Part shown: piece after piece, positions 52,301 through 62,906 of the stretch
Position numbering within the stretch: position 1 is the stretch's first letter
How the letters are laid out: every line of letters begins with the position of its first letter
Source of the DNA: Haplodiscus bocki
Taxonomy: Eukaryota
Assembly (NCBI GenBank): GCA_965655095.1
Contig: OZ296648.1
Span: forward strand, 118,730,001 to 118,794,000
Reading direction: 5' to 3'
DNA: 64,000 nucleotides
Made by a program: the position numbers and the translations under genes
Notes under the pieces: model-generated
Database searches by the model: none
What the model was told of the DNA's origin: nothing
Seen by the model: the letters and a program-made list of their open reading frames with translations, nothing else

Positions 52301-53458
52301 CAGAACGATGATTCCATAATTGTATTACTCCACGAAACTGTATCGGTGGCTGGTTTCAAACCCATGAATGGGTTCACAGATCAGCCGTTTTTCATTCCCA
52401 AAAATTCCAACAGACTGGCGGCCGAACATTCCTATAGGTTTTTGTTTCTGTTGAATTTCGCAAACTTTTTGGCATCCGAAGTACAGTGTGTGTACCAGAA
52501 TGCTACAACTATGGAGTACGAGGCCTGCTTGCCAGAAATAAGCACGCCAGTCAAAATAAACTCGGCTGAGGAATGCGGAGATATGAAACCCTCCACTCAT
52601 TCACGATGCACTACGGTGAGTTGATATCATTTCAAATTCCACTTCGCTCGGTATAATTTTGTGTAGACGTACTAGTTTTTTGGCAAGTGCAGTATCCAAA
52701 GCACAAACAGGCCTCTTCAAGAAAGTCTTCACGATGTACTAGGCAGAGCTATGGGAGTGGTTTGTCATTGCTGATCGGTTAATAGCCTGCAGCAAATTAT
52801 GTCACTCCACTTTGTGACATGCAGCGGCCAGGGAGGGGTTCGATCTCGAAGACTTATGCTTAAGTCTTCCGTTTTACCAACTAACGCTTCAAATTCATTG
52901 AGCCTTTTTAAATTTTTCTACTTCTAAATACTGTTTATACTGTTGGCGGAATGAAAACCATCACCAAATGAGTTTTGTCCTTTGAAACTATCCTGTAAAA
53001 GAACCCTTTAGAATGTTCCAATTTAAGGAAGAATTTCACATTTAGCTGATATAATCATCATATTTGAAAGAGCCAAATCGGTTCTAATTCAATTTTCGAC
53101 GTAAGGCATAATGATATCATTGTACTTAACAAGGCAACTAGTGAAAAGCTGCATTTTTGTTTCTTGTAAAACGTGTCAGTATTCGGGAAAGGTAGGGTGA
53201 TCTTCCATGTGACAAAGTTGACCCATTTATTAAAAGTTTAAGCAATTTGACTATGTGTTTTTGTAGGAGTCATCCGATGACGGCCTTCTTGCAGAGCTGC
53301 AGTCGACGTTGGCCAATTACAACATGCACTCCCCAAAACAGTTCGCAGATACAAGTGCAGCCGATGGCAGTGGAATATACTACACAGATTTGCAGCTGGA
53401 AAAATTGAGACTAGAATCTCAGCACGAGGCGGGCCTGAGAATGATGGAAACCAAAGAG
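22222..53458 (+). CDS. SMG6: SMG6/EST1A-like NMD factor, partial multi-exon gene: join(22222-22300,22385-22448,26363-26628,36292-36353,37052-37200,51573-51802,52145-52615,53267-53458)
   Basis: All junctions are GT-AG and phase-compatible. The spliced product follows the SMG6 14-3-3-like/helical region in order: AYLKAQHLLPKNGRAFNQLA, VYFYMRSLAA, ARESLNSMFE, SLADSDLNRQLVLSFLNIHGKLFTSIGMETF, RFLQLIIINIFAIYN, LIPAVKLWASWM..WNP, AGFKPM. Confidence 0.9.
22385..22448 (+). CDS. SMG6: SMG6 exon (KRRFETVYFYMRSLAAQEDFK)
   Basis: TTTTAG acceptor, GTAATT donor; matches SMG6 RRKLDAVYYYMRSLAA; ends in phase 1. Confidence 0.9.
23060..25375. mobile_element. Non-autonomous TIR element with CCCTAG...CTAGGG ends and a 2-bp AG TSD (EnSpm/CACTA-like)
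   Basis: Left CCCTAGTTGAACTTGCATGAAAA versus reverse complement of right CCCTAGTCGAGCTTGCATAAAA, plus subterminal TGCA-rich similarity. Flanks are GGCAG| and |AGGTG; removing the insert rejoins the host repeat. Confidence 0.7.
23712..24807 (-). repeat. Near-identical ~1.1-kb inverted duplicate of 62907-64000
   Basis: Positions pair with a constant sum of 87712 (e.g. identical ORFs 24027-24221 and 63491-63685); the few mismatches are concentrated at the ends. Confidence 0.97.
26363..26628 (+). CDS. SMG6: SMG6 exon (ARESLNSMFEDVAKKV...LLSLADSD)
   Basis: CTTCAG acceptor, GTAAGT donor; phase 1 start fits the previous exon; matches AKESLMSLFE. Confidence 0.9.
34060..35150 (+). repeat. Degenerate tandem repeat, ~175-bp unit (~350-bp higher order)
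   Basis: Variants of GGACT(G/A)TC..GATTCTGATGCAAGGAACAAAAT at ~34066, 34241, 34601 and 34945, with weaker copies between. Confidence 0.6.
36292..36353 (+). CDS. SMG6: SMG6 exon (LNRQLVLSFLNIHGKLFTSIG)
   Basis: TTTCAG acceptor, GTTAGT donor; matches LNKRFILSFLHAHGKLFTRIG. Confidence 0.92.
37052..37200 (+). CDS. SMG6: SMG6 exon (METFKQQ...RFLQLIIINIFAIYNTAKRG)
   Basis: TTTTAG acceptor, GTACTA donor; phase 2 in, phase 1 out; matches METF...EFQVLLQH...RMLQLMTINMFAVHN. Confidence 0.9.
38317..38556 (+). repeat. Tandem duplication, 2 x 120 bp
   Basis: 38317-38436 and 38437-38556 are nearly identical (LTCAPKMEPNFSCVFLN occurs twice in the ORF track). Confidence 0.95.
38569..38645 (+). repeat. Left terminal inverted repeat of Maverick 2
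   Basis: AGTAGTGGCGCTTTTAACGCGGTCTACCTACACCCAAATCCCGGATTCAAA is the reverse complement (about 5 mismatches) of 48390-48440; AGTAGT is the canonical Maverick terminus. Confidence 0.8.
39975..40413 (+). pseudogene. DEDD/DnaQ-like exonuclease-fold protein common in Mavericks
   Basis: VVIDFEGF...IIREISI...RHLHGL...FYVKGQKK...C...HC..KA pattern; frameshifted. Confidence 0.6.
41365..42060 (+). pseudogene. A32/FtsK-like packaging ATPase of Maverick 2
   Basis: FMSMVGPSRSRKT (decayed Walker A), ATAGRHKKIHCIFVKHILFHQ, DLNTTHIVLFKS, FGRQ, PYGYLLID. Confidence 0.92.
42205..42930 (+). pseudogene. Integrase of Maverick 2 (N-terminus deleted)
   Basis: EIWSIDLAYVDK...VKYLSLAVDVL.RYLRVFPMRTK, EGTDFK, TKSAFAERNI, TVNSR, FEKGYKQNFT. 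Confidence 0.92.
42933..43632 (+). pseudogene. Penton of Maverick 2 (C-terminus deleted)
   Basis: MDEFDIYLESTG...FHNLLAHPIQLEGD..VAL, PDLTAGT, NLIEQEHVAGVNSPSLRIIDT; clearly homologous to 678-1535. Confidence 0.85.
43633..44620 (+). pseudogene. C-terminal part of pPolB plus acidic tail, Maverick 2
   Basis: SDTDSL, DFSNYPE, EFIGLQAKLFSI, DGITCLPFGH, then an acidic tail similar to 10620-11005. Confidence 0.9.
44790..45555 (+). repeat. 84-bp minisatellite (~9 copies; internal 42-bp half-period)
   Basis: GATGCC..AGCCAAAACAACCTAA anchor at 44872, 44953, 45037, 45121, 45205, 45289 and weaker copies after. Confidence 0.92.
45994..46757 (-). pseudogene. Divergent ribosomal protein uS5 (RPS2)-like gene, copy 2, inside Maverick 2
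   Basis: Minus strand, ATG at 46757. Across frameshifts it reads LNTEIVKMICL../KSGKRRRYRAVASVGNCRGKIGLGSTTDKTEQMA/AKATASAETNIIEINVACFDVIPGSNKTLEQEMHGCHDDLTIKLCPAARRTGLQTSCLTKVVLKSAGVQDC..FSLAFPLFAAIK, colinear with uS5 (LKDEVLKI..GQRTRFKAFVAIGD.NG.VGLG...A...AI..AKLSI...HTVP.KVTG.....V.L.PAPRGTG......L..AGI.DC...NFA.A.F.AI). Confidence 0.78.
48300..48440 (-). repeat. Right terminal inverted repeat of Maverick 2
   Basis: Reverse complement matches 38569-38620 and, after a ~65-bp gap in the left copy, ATTCAACC(A/G)TT(C)GACT; the terminus is ACTCCT (one change from ACTACT). Confidence 0.78.
49745..50520. repeat. Degenerate tandem repeat, ~150-172-bp unit, ~5 copies
   Basis: TTGTCA..GA.T(A/G)GTGGT..GATT.GCTCCA...GC.CTGA variants at ~49747, 49897, 50068, 50241 and 50410. 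Confidence 0.65.
51573..51802 (+). CDS. SMG6: SMG6 exon (EDNQLLL...FRTLIPAVK)
   Basis: TTTTGTAG acceptor in phase 1, GTGATT donor; ends LIPAVK (cf. LLPSVK). Confidence 0.85.
51935..52100 (-). repeat. Short interspersed repeat; second copy at ~58050-58205 (+)
   Basis: Shared AGCAAATTTGCCA...TTTTGAA...ACGTT..GAGAAATCTTA.TATT. Confidence 0.6.
52145..52615 (+). CDS. SMG6: SMG6 exon (LWASWMMNNKDYWNPLP...)
   Basis: TTTCAG acceptor, GTGAGT donor; aligns with SMG6 VWSDWM...WNPPP...VWS..ADFCN...SEVPL...LSGFVPL. Confidence 0.92.
53267..53458 (+). CDS. SMG6: Probable SMG6 exon (ESSDDGLLAELQ...MMETKE), linker before the PIN domain
   Basis: TTTTGTAG acceptor, GTTCGT donor, phase 0-0 and open; poorly conserved linker, so it is supported by structure rather than homology. 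Confidence 0.7.
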
Positions 53459-54949
53459 GTTCGTTTACAGCTTTTTGCTGTCTTGGAATCTCTACTGCGC
53501 AGCGGGAGAAAAAATCCTCCTACAAAAATATAATTGGTCGGTTTTTTTGCAGATCTTTTTTGGAAGTGAAGACTGGTTTAAGATTGTTCGAAACACTCCT
53601 AAAATTCCAATTTTTAGAACGATTATTCAATGGCCTTGGAACAATTCCCTTGCAGCTGATGAAAAGCAACCACGTAAGCAGTCCCCTAATAAGGCCATTT
53701 CTATGAATTGAATGCTCGACTATAATAGTGACTTTTTCAGCCTCACTGCTAAAAAATCGGTTTTTGTAAAAATATTTTCTTCTAGACATGGTATCTGGGG
53801 TTACAGTAGGCAGGAAAATAGGGTTCAGAAGCCACTAAGTTACAAACCCGGTATAGGCTACATATTTTTTCATTTGATGCCGGAAACTATCAAAAATCTA
53901 CTTACTTTCGAAAAAAATTGGGACCTTCCTTCCTAATTTTTTTCAAGAAACCCCCTCCTCATGTATATCTCCCGAAAATTTTCCCAACCGTCAAAACTTC
54001 CTGTTAAAGTATGCTGAGCCTTACGGGCGATGCCGACTTTAGTCTTCCGGGCTTGTTGAGGCCTTAAGCAGAAGTTTATCTTTTTTTCTTTTTCTCTTCG
54101 GAAGCCTCTGTAACGGGCAAACAGCCCGTCAAAACGATCAAAAGTGAATTTCGGGGTGATCAAAAAGTGTGTCTGTTTTTGTTTTTGGAAACTATTCCGT
54201 CCGGATGTGAAATTCATTGTTCGGCCAATATGGTTTAGCTGGTAAAAGTCTCTTTACTTTGGTTCACTTTGAACTACCTCTTGATTATGTCGAATTTTCT
54301 GAAAGTTGTCAATTTTCTCATGATACTTGCTGCTTTTTACGCATTTTGACTGAAAGGAAGAATATGTATTGAAACCGGCTTATGCTGTTTTTTTTTCAAC
54401 CTGTTAAAACTAGCATTTCTGATGTAACCTGAGAGTCGAGTGTAAGCGGTCAAAACGATCTTTTGAGCTATTTGGCAGGTACTTCATTATTTTCGTGTTC
54501 CAAAAAGTGCAAGTTTTAAAAAATGCTCTGCTAAATGAACAACAGCGTCCTAAAAGGCTATCAATGAATTTTATGAGACAATATGGGTGGGTAATTGTTC
54601 ATTTTTGGTACGGGCTGCTTACTGTGCAAATTTTTTGAACAGTTGACTCTAAAATTGCATAAACTAAAACACATGATTGACATCTTTGATCTCAACTAAC
54701 TAGTCAGAAAGCGTTGCCTCTGTGTCAATTTTACGGCGTTCCTTGTCTACTAATGATAGCAGCAGTATGTGTGCAATCAAAATTACCGGTGCTCCAAGGA
54801 AACAGTGTGGCCCGGGTTGTTTACCGCTTTGGATTCCGCACTTCTGGGTGGCAATTCACCAACAAGAAGGTCGGCCATCAACGACATATTTTGCGCTCTC
54901 TATTTGTTGAAGGTGCCTTTTAGAAGAAAGTTTTTTTTCGAAAAGACAC

Positions 54950-56611
54950 TGTCTTCAAAATTTCTAACTTCTCCACTTTCTTAGCCTCTGATAGAAGCGT
55001 GGTCGGAACTAGCTTTGCCTGTTTCTTCTCAAGTACGGGTTGATCTTGACCGCAAAGTTTGTTGGTGATGTCTGGCAAAGTGTTTCCTAATTTTGTATTG
55101 AAAATAATTGTTTTTGCATATACAGGCGGCATATAATCGGGCATAAAGAATGGCTTCCAGTTGCAATCTCACCAAGCATTCTTTTAGCAGCTTCAAAAGC
55201 CTTTGTCGAGAAAACAAACAACGGGCCAAAATCCTTATATTGTGACTCAAGTTGTTTCAGATGTGCACATTGATAGTTTCATTTTTTCCGAGTGAAACAG
55301 ACACTTTATTTTCGCAAAAGTACTTCAAGTAAGCGTCAGCTTCCAGTTGATCATCCTCTTCGCAAGAATCTGGTGACAATCTTATTACCTTGAACAAATT
55401 CACAACTTGATTGAACAGTTCTTCGTTGGTTAACTTTTGGAAAACAACAGGTCCGATATACATAAAGTAATTGAAGAACTCATTTGCTCTGAGGAATGCA
55501 ACTCTTTCCAAATTCTGGATTTTAATAAGATGCTTTATAGCCTCCCGCAGTGCATGTTAAAAAACAATACTTTGCTTCAGCTCCAACGTTGTCCATTCAT
55601 GCTTCTAAGAAGATTACAGAAAACGTCTGCATATACTCGAAGTAGGACGCAATACATGTCAATTCCAGTCCATGAAGGCAGGCAATCAATCAGGTCAGAG
55701 AACCCTGACTTTCCTTTCACTCCGCAAACGTTCAACGTTTCTCCCCTGCTCCTAAGCATTTCTGCAAGCGCCACGTGTTTTGAATATCAGCTGTTCTAAT
55801 AGTGAACTGGTGATGGACGGGATAGTAGCTAGGAGGTTTTCCAATCGTAACACCAGCTGCTGTACAATATTTGCACCCTTAAAAACAGTTGTGCTGATTT
55901 ATATTTAATACATGGCACTTAGTTTTTAAATCTGCAGCGACGAAAACAACTCCGAATCTGATTTCAAAGCGATCTGTTGTATTTGATCCTTGAAGTTTGA
56001 CAGTCAAAAACATTTCATTGTTGAGTTGCGAGGCCTTCATACTCCAATCTCGCTTAGATGTCTTTATACAGCGCTGCTAATACAGTGTTTTTTGGACATT
56101 TAATTGGAGGTAACTGAGCTACAACTAACCAAACCAGCCAAAGTTCACATCATCTAAGTCCGGAACTGAAACACCGTCTGTTCCTAGAACAAAAATGCAT
56201 TGCTGATTTATTTGAAGCATCTGCCGCAGGAAGTTTCTCTGGCGATGCATCATCACACTTTCGCTGTAGCTGCCTTTTTGCGGATTTTTGAGCAATCTCA
56301 AACCAGTTACGTTGAACTACATCTTCGAAAAAACTGTGTGGAATTGAGGTCTCTAATACCCTAATTCCATCAATATATTGTTTCCTCACTTTGTAAACAT
56401 AAGTATAAGGTCGAAGCAACAAATTTGGTCTTGGAGTAAAACCTTTAATCAAAGAGAACAAAGTTTGCGCTGCTACATTACTCAGATGGAACAAGGAACA
56501 AAAACATTCGATGATTGCAAGAGAATTGGTGAAGCTGACACGCTCCAGCGTATAACGGTAAGTTATTTTCCTGACAAAATGAGATTGCGACTTCCACCCT
56601 TTCGTTTCCAT
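54950..56611 (-). mobile_element. EnSpm/CACTA (CMC-group) transposase pseudogene
   Basis: Minus-strand motifs in order: HLSN....LFSLIK..TPRPNLL, GTDGV, LWLVWLVVAQLPP, ADLKTKCHVLNINQHN..GCKYC, GVKGKS..., IDM..VLL, RANEF, TINVH, FGPLFVFSTKAFE. Confidence 0.85.
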
Positions 56612-58206
56612 TCAATGAAGAAAGATAATCAGTGAACTGGGGACTGAAGAACAGTTCTTTATGTACAGATGAAGATGTCCTTTGGTGAGAAATTTGGATT
56701 TCTTCTTTTGCACCAGAATCATGTAATATGATCGTCGAATTTCTGATAATCTGTTGGCGCCTCCACAACTGGATTCCTAGGCTTGAAGCAGGTACTAGTT
56801 GAACGTAAGCATGTGTCAATCAAAAAATGTATCACTGTATTTGACGGTGATATCGTTACCAGGTTTCAGTTTTCTCGTCTTGCTTCTGACCCAATCAAAA
56901 TCACTAGTAAAGTATTCGCAAGTAGGGTCACAGTCTGATTTAATGACTCAGATTGAACCAAGCATTAATATTTTTTTCCGAGTAGACCTTTAAATGATGA
57001 CCCACAGATCAATCACATCCAGCGGAATCTCTCTGAGACAGCCAACAATACTGTTATTGAAAAGATAGGATGTATTTCTCACAATTGTTGAAACATGAAC
57101 CAAGCAGTATCCGCCATAATTGTCAGGTCTCCTCCAAATTGTGCTTGCATACTGCGGTTTGCGTCACAACCAACATAACATTTTTTCCCAACCTCATTTC
57201 TGTTGTCTTTTCTCGGCGAATCGTGCTGACATCAACCGTGAAGCAGTAGCATCGGGTCTCCTTCTCAATTGTCATTTTAACTGCCCAGCCATCGCAATAG
57301 GACAACATATGCCAAGTAAAGTCTGTAGGCTATTTCATTTCTGTAGAGAAGTCAAGCAAAAAATGCGAAATTTGGACTTGAGAGTGTTTGATGGACCACT
57401 CTGCAGCTCCAGAGAGATGCGTCGCCAAAAAGCAGGAACAGCTCTGTTCTGCTCGAAAGGAGAAGATAGTTGAAAGGGCATATTCAACGCCACACCTCAG
57501 AAATAATTGAAGACTCGACATATTCTACGTTCAAAACCATAGCCTTCGAACGGATGCGAGGCATTAACCGCAGAATTTATCATTGTGAAAATTTGTCGAA
57601 AACATATTTAAGGAAAATCGAATTTTAAATTTAGAAAGGCGAAAAAAGAAGATCCGACATACAAGGCTAAGTGGAAGACTATTTGAATCTATTACGTTCA
57701 CTCGCACGGAAAGCAAAAGAAACGAAAAAAAATATTTGGGAAAATATTTTCCTCTATTGCTCAGCCGGTGAATCATGACCGATTTCTGAAGAGGCCCGAA
57801 GACTAAAATCTATGCCATGAGCTAACTTAGTGCGCCAAAATGCTTTTATCGTTCCTGAACGAAGTTTTAAGCAAGACGGCCGGGTACCACCGGGATATTT
57901 TGCGCTCTCCCATTTTTCTAAAGAAGGCTTTTAAAAAGATGAAAACGTTTTTTCTCGAAAATACACTCTTTTTTCATCATAGTTTCCAGTTTTTCCAACG
58001 TTCTAAGTTCTCTGATGTTTTGCTGAAAAACCTCATAAATAGGGCAGAAGACATTTTCAAGACATAAAACTATTGGATTCGCATTCCATAGCAAATTTGC
58101 CACCGTTGGTTATTTTGAACTTCAAGTTTTTTTTTCGGGAAAGCCATCTATTTTTTCGAAAAAGACCCAATTTTTGAACGTTCCGAGAAATCTTACTATT
58201 TGAATC

Positions 58207-58415
58207 TTGGCAGTAATGGCAGTTTTGGCCATTTTGACCAACCTGGCCTTTTTGGCCATTCTAGCCATTTTGGCTACTTTTGGCTTTTTGACCATTTTGG
58301 TCATCCTGCCGGTCTGCCTTTTTGGCCTTTCTAACCACTTTGGCCATTCTAGCCTTTCAGGCCATTTTGACTTTTTTGACCATTCTGGCTTTTTTGGCCA
58401 TTCTGGCAATCTTGG
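58207..58415. repeat. Low-complexity 9-bp-period repeat (TTGGCCATT-like)
   Basis: Repeated TTTGGCCATT/CTGGCTTTT units; the source of the spurious LAILAIL and KMAKMA ORFs. Confidence 0.85.
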
Positions 58416-61400
58416 CAAAAACGTTTCCTTACGCGAGCCAACGTCGTTTTTAGCGGGAGCTCAATTGGAAAACATCGGGTTTTGAAAAAACGCACCTATT
58501 TGAGAAGATTTTGCTTTGCATATGCTGAAGAATATGGCGCAATATAATAAGAAATCAATGTTAGCAGAAATTTTAACTCGTTCAGGAAAAAAGTACAATT
58601 GAAGCCAAGAAAAACTCAAAACCAGAAAGATCTGGGCGGCTGAACAAGCAGCCAGTAACATCAATGGCGCAACTTTAAACAAACTGGCAGCGAGAAGTTT
58701 TCAAGACTTTTCGTTGCCAGTTTGTTTAAAGTACGGGATTATAAAACAAAAAAGGCTAAGTTAAAACTGGTAAGCAGCCTGAAGAAACATCAGTTAGCAT
58801 AAACGGAAACAAAAGCGATTCGTATTACCCAAATCACAAAACGAGTTTTAAAAGAGAGATATAAATTCAGATCAGAATACATACCTGAACCTTTTAAAAA
58901 ATACTATAGAAATGAGATACTATAAAACGAAAGAACAGAGATGAAAGAAAGAATGATTTAGTAGTTGTCACAACCGTGTGTTTCGGGAGATTTAAGCGGG
59001 TTTGCATCACCCTAACCTTTAATCTGCCCAAACGAACGAGGACTTGGCGTTACAATGAAGCTATCAGTTCTGCTTGTGTTTGAGGCCGGAGTGCGCGTGA
59101 TTTTAGACTCCTGATGTTTTTTTTTCATTTCCCGTTTTGTCGCAGCTTGCTCTACCTGTACAGTAAGCAAAGGAAAGGTAATGGTTGTATTTAATCATAG
59201 CAGCGTCCTTCAACATCTTTTTTCTTAAAGGTAAAAAATCAGGGCGAGGGTTACGAGAACCTATATGAGTCTTGATTTTCTCATATTTCCAAAGACTACT
59301 GGCGACAGTTCTTGTATAAGACTCCGTAGCCGGTGCGTCGAGCTGAACCAATTTGTGCCCATAGCGCGGGTTACGGTGGTTTTGGAGTTCTGGGAACGGA
59401 AGCATTTGGTATTAGACCTGTCCACGGTCTTCATGAGATCGATTTTCGAGAAAACAAGATGCATTTTGCAGATAGGCAAGCTGAAGTACGTTGAACGTAA
59501 AATAAAAACGAAAATGTAGGATAACTATGTTGTAATCAATGCTTTTGCAAACTTTTCATACAGCTTTGCATTTTTTACCACAAGTTTCACTACATTGTTT
59601 CAACATTTCAGAACAAAAGTTAACTCCACTACTGCATTTCTAACATCACGATCCACTCCTATCTGCTCTGTCTGGCCATTCGGGACATCCACGTTCGGCT
59701 GAATTTTTTCAACATCTGATGGTCCCAATTGTCTTCGCTTGGTGATTTTCTGGGTGATAATCTCCGAGGAAGATTGTTCCCAGCAAGTAGGTGGAGAACT
59801 AGCAATTTCCTGAACAAAAAGCTTTAAATCTACCAACCACAGGAAATGTATAAGATATTTTTAATCAATTGTAACTATAATATCAGGACAAAGTTTTTTA
59901 AAAGCTTTCAGTATTTGGTACTCGTCACAATTGAATGCCTCATCAGTTTCAACTTCAATTAACATCGAGTAAGTTTTCGGATATGACTGGTTCTTTGTCG
60001 AACACATTAGGAAAAAACGATTCTGACAAATATCCCCCTGATTTCATTTTGTCGAGGCATCTATGCACTTGGTTGTTCAAACCAACTCATTTCACGACAA
60101 CCTTTTCCCACAGGCGCCCTCTACCTCCCAGCTCGACCTTGACATGATTGCCTTTCCAAAGACAATGATGTGATTGACAGGAGTTAAAACTTTCCTCTTC
60201 CAGCATTTAGTTCCATACAACACCCAGCCTCATTATACATACCTTAGTATGTGCTCTGGTATAGAGATTTATTTATTTACGATGGTAGATCGCAGGAATG
60301 TTCATATGCCTACCAACTGAGAAAAAGCGTACCTGCGAATGGATATTTTAGATCTTGTATTCGTCTTTCGCGTTTGACTCAATAACGCTGGCACTATTTG
60401 CACTCCTGTTCACACCTCGATTTTGTCCAGTTCGAAGTTCCTTTCAATTGGATCAAAAAGTGATTTGACAAGAACAAGTAGAACACTTTCTGGAGGAAAT
60501 ATCTTGGAACAAGTAGACAGAACAAGACGAAATGAAACGATTAGTTTAAACCTTCGGTACGACTACAGTTTGAAACAATCCGTAGTTGTTGTAAAAGTGA
60601 AAACTAGATGGAAGAGGTGCGTTTGAATTTGACATTATAAAAGATCCTCGCAGCAGCAGTGCCAATTGAGTTTTTTTATGACCGGTTTTCGTAATAACAC
60701 TGTCCTAAAGCTCGATCACGCCAATGGAGAAATTGCGGTTATCGGCCAAATTCATCCTCAACGGACTACGACTGTAATAAAAGTGAGACGCTGACCAGAA
60801 ATGTTAATTTTCAAACAACTCCGGAAAAATTAATCGGCCAGAGAAAATTCACAAATAATATGTTAACTGTTTTTGCTCATCCATGGGCGTACGTGACCTT
60901 GCCTAGAAGCACCCGTGTTTACATTTGTTTTCGACTGTTCTTGAGATGGAAGGCTCCTATGGTTCTCTACATTTTACAGGGAAAGCTTTTTTTATTTTCC
61001 ATCTTTTGGGTGGCCTGATCGACCCGCTCAGTTGGGACTTGCTACGATCGCATCCCTTTTACATGCGACTTGCTTTTCCTCGGACACGACAGCCTCAGCA
61101 CGCCATGTCTTGACACTTGTTTCCTGGTACCACGTTCTCCGTCTGCTTTTTTGTTTCTTTGTCGTACATCAGCCTATTACCTACCTAGAATTTTGATGGC
61201 TTGGCACCGAGATTTGCAGGAGAAGCCACCTTAAATTCAAATATATAACTTTGCTAGTTGAATCACTACATTATAATTGATTTAAATGAGCCTAATTCCA
61301 GTAATAGCATCGATTAAACACCAAAATCATCGATAGCACTGCTGCCACTAATTCCAAAATAAGAATATATGCCAATAAAAAATGAAGTTAGTAAGATTCA

Positions 61401-62071
61401 AAAAATGAAATTTATTTAAACAATCTAGGAATCATGAAAATATATACATACATTTAACATGAAAATGGAATAAAGTGTAAGGAAAAAAACATCTGAAGTC
61501 ACCAACCGGAATAAGATATGAAGGAACAAGGTCTAAATTATTCCGGTCTAGAAAAAATCTAATTGCCTGAAATCTAAAATCACCACTTGAATGAGATCTA
61601 GAAACTTGGAGACTACAAAGGTTAACAATAGGTGCTTAAATATCAATAACTTGATCAAAGACAAGATGGCGGCGTCGTCGGTATCAAGCAAATTGAATCT
61701 TTCATGGCACCAAAAACTGCTTTTCTGCAGTCTTTGCCCTTCGACTGCGAAAACAGTCGACACTCGCAGGGCTAACAATGGGCAGGTGCACAAACAGGCC
61801 CCGTACTTTCTAGCATTCTAGATGTGTTAGATATTTTGGGGACCAGGAAACAACTAATTAATAACGTCTAAATCAAGTCCGGGAAAACATTTATGGTTAA
61901 TAGTTTCTAAAATTCCATGATATTTTTTTTATTTTCCGATATGTTTGGCTAAGATCGAAAACTTTAAATAATATTCCAGTTTCGGCATACGAGGGGTACA
62001 TAACGCAGACAAATAATAAAGCAGACGGGACTTGTAGACGCTATCCCCGAAATGGTTTCAGACGTTATTCT

Positions 62072-62394
62072 TCAGATGCTATTGCCGCCTACCGGCCATG
62101 TCATTTGACTATTTCGACTTTTTCCGATTCCCAGTGGTGGCCAGGGTTGTTCCACCGGTGGACCACCAATGGCCCTGGATGAAATTCTGAATAGATTGCC
62201 TCCTGACGTTTCCCCACCCGTGGCCAAGTATTGAACATACATGGCCATCAGTGGATTCTGTGGAATTGCTCTGGCTATCAGTGAGATACAATGGAATCTG
62301 GGTACGGGCACCAAAAGCAATTTTGACGGGAAAATTTAATGATGTACCTGAGGACCTGGTAGTCCTCCAGTAGCGATCCCCGTTGCATGAACTC
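62072..62394 (-). CDS. Possible last two exons (62348-62394, 62072-62297) of an unknown minus-strand gene
   Basis: CCCCTTCAG acceptor, AG|GTACAT donor and a 50-nt intron ending CCCAG; splicing gives the open EFMQRGSLLEDYQVLRFHCISLIARAIPQNPLMAMYVQYLATGG...*; AATAAA on the minus strand at 61411-61416. Confidence 0.35.
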
Positions 62395-62906
62395 CTGAAG
62401 GGGGACTCAGCGTTTTTAAAGCTCAAAAACCCGAAAAACAGTATCGCTTAGAAATTTGTTGAAATTATTATGTATTTTTGTTTCATCATCGGGCCGACAT
62501 TGCGAAATTGCGACTTGCATTTTTGAAATTTGCAGCACTTGAAGTAACCATAAACTAACCCTGTTTTGAATTTCTCACACTAATTACGTCGGTCTTGATC
62601 CCCGAAGCCACGTAATTGCGTTTTCATGAAAAATGCATTCATTTTTTGATCAAAAATTGCAGCATTCAAGTATTAAGGTCAGGTTTCGTTTTCAAGTGAC
62701 CCCAAAGTGTTGAACTTCGGCAAAGTTGGTTTCTCGCAAGAATGGAAAACTCGCAGAAAGGTTATGGGAAATATTCAAAGGCACAAAAATGTCCCGACAC
62801 TTTTCTCTGCATCTTTTATGATTACCAAGATTTTCGAAAAGATCCAAAATTATAACGACAATCATAACTTATCGAATATTTGTCCAGTGTGAAAACAAAA
62901 ACAAAA

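Noticed and set aside
58122-58485. Hydrophobic LAILAIL / basic KMAK ORFs resembling membrane or histone-like proteins
   Set aside because: Translation of a 9-bp low-complexity repeat.
59100-60350. Possible SMG6 PIN-domain exons or minus-strand exons
   Set aside because: No DTN, NNDD or TDDRNL-type PIN motifs found; candidate splices led to stops.
62348-62394. EFMQRGSL as a protein kinase subdomain V
   Set aside because: The downstream spliced sequence lacks HRD/DFG motifs.
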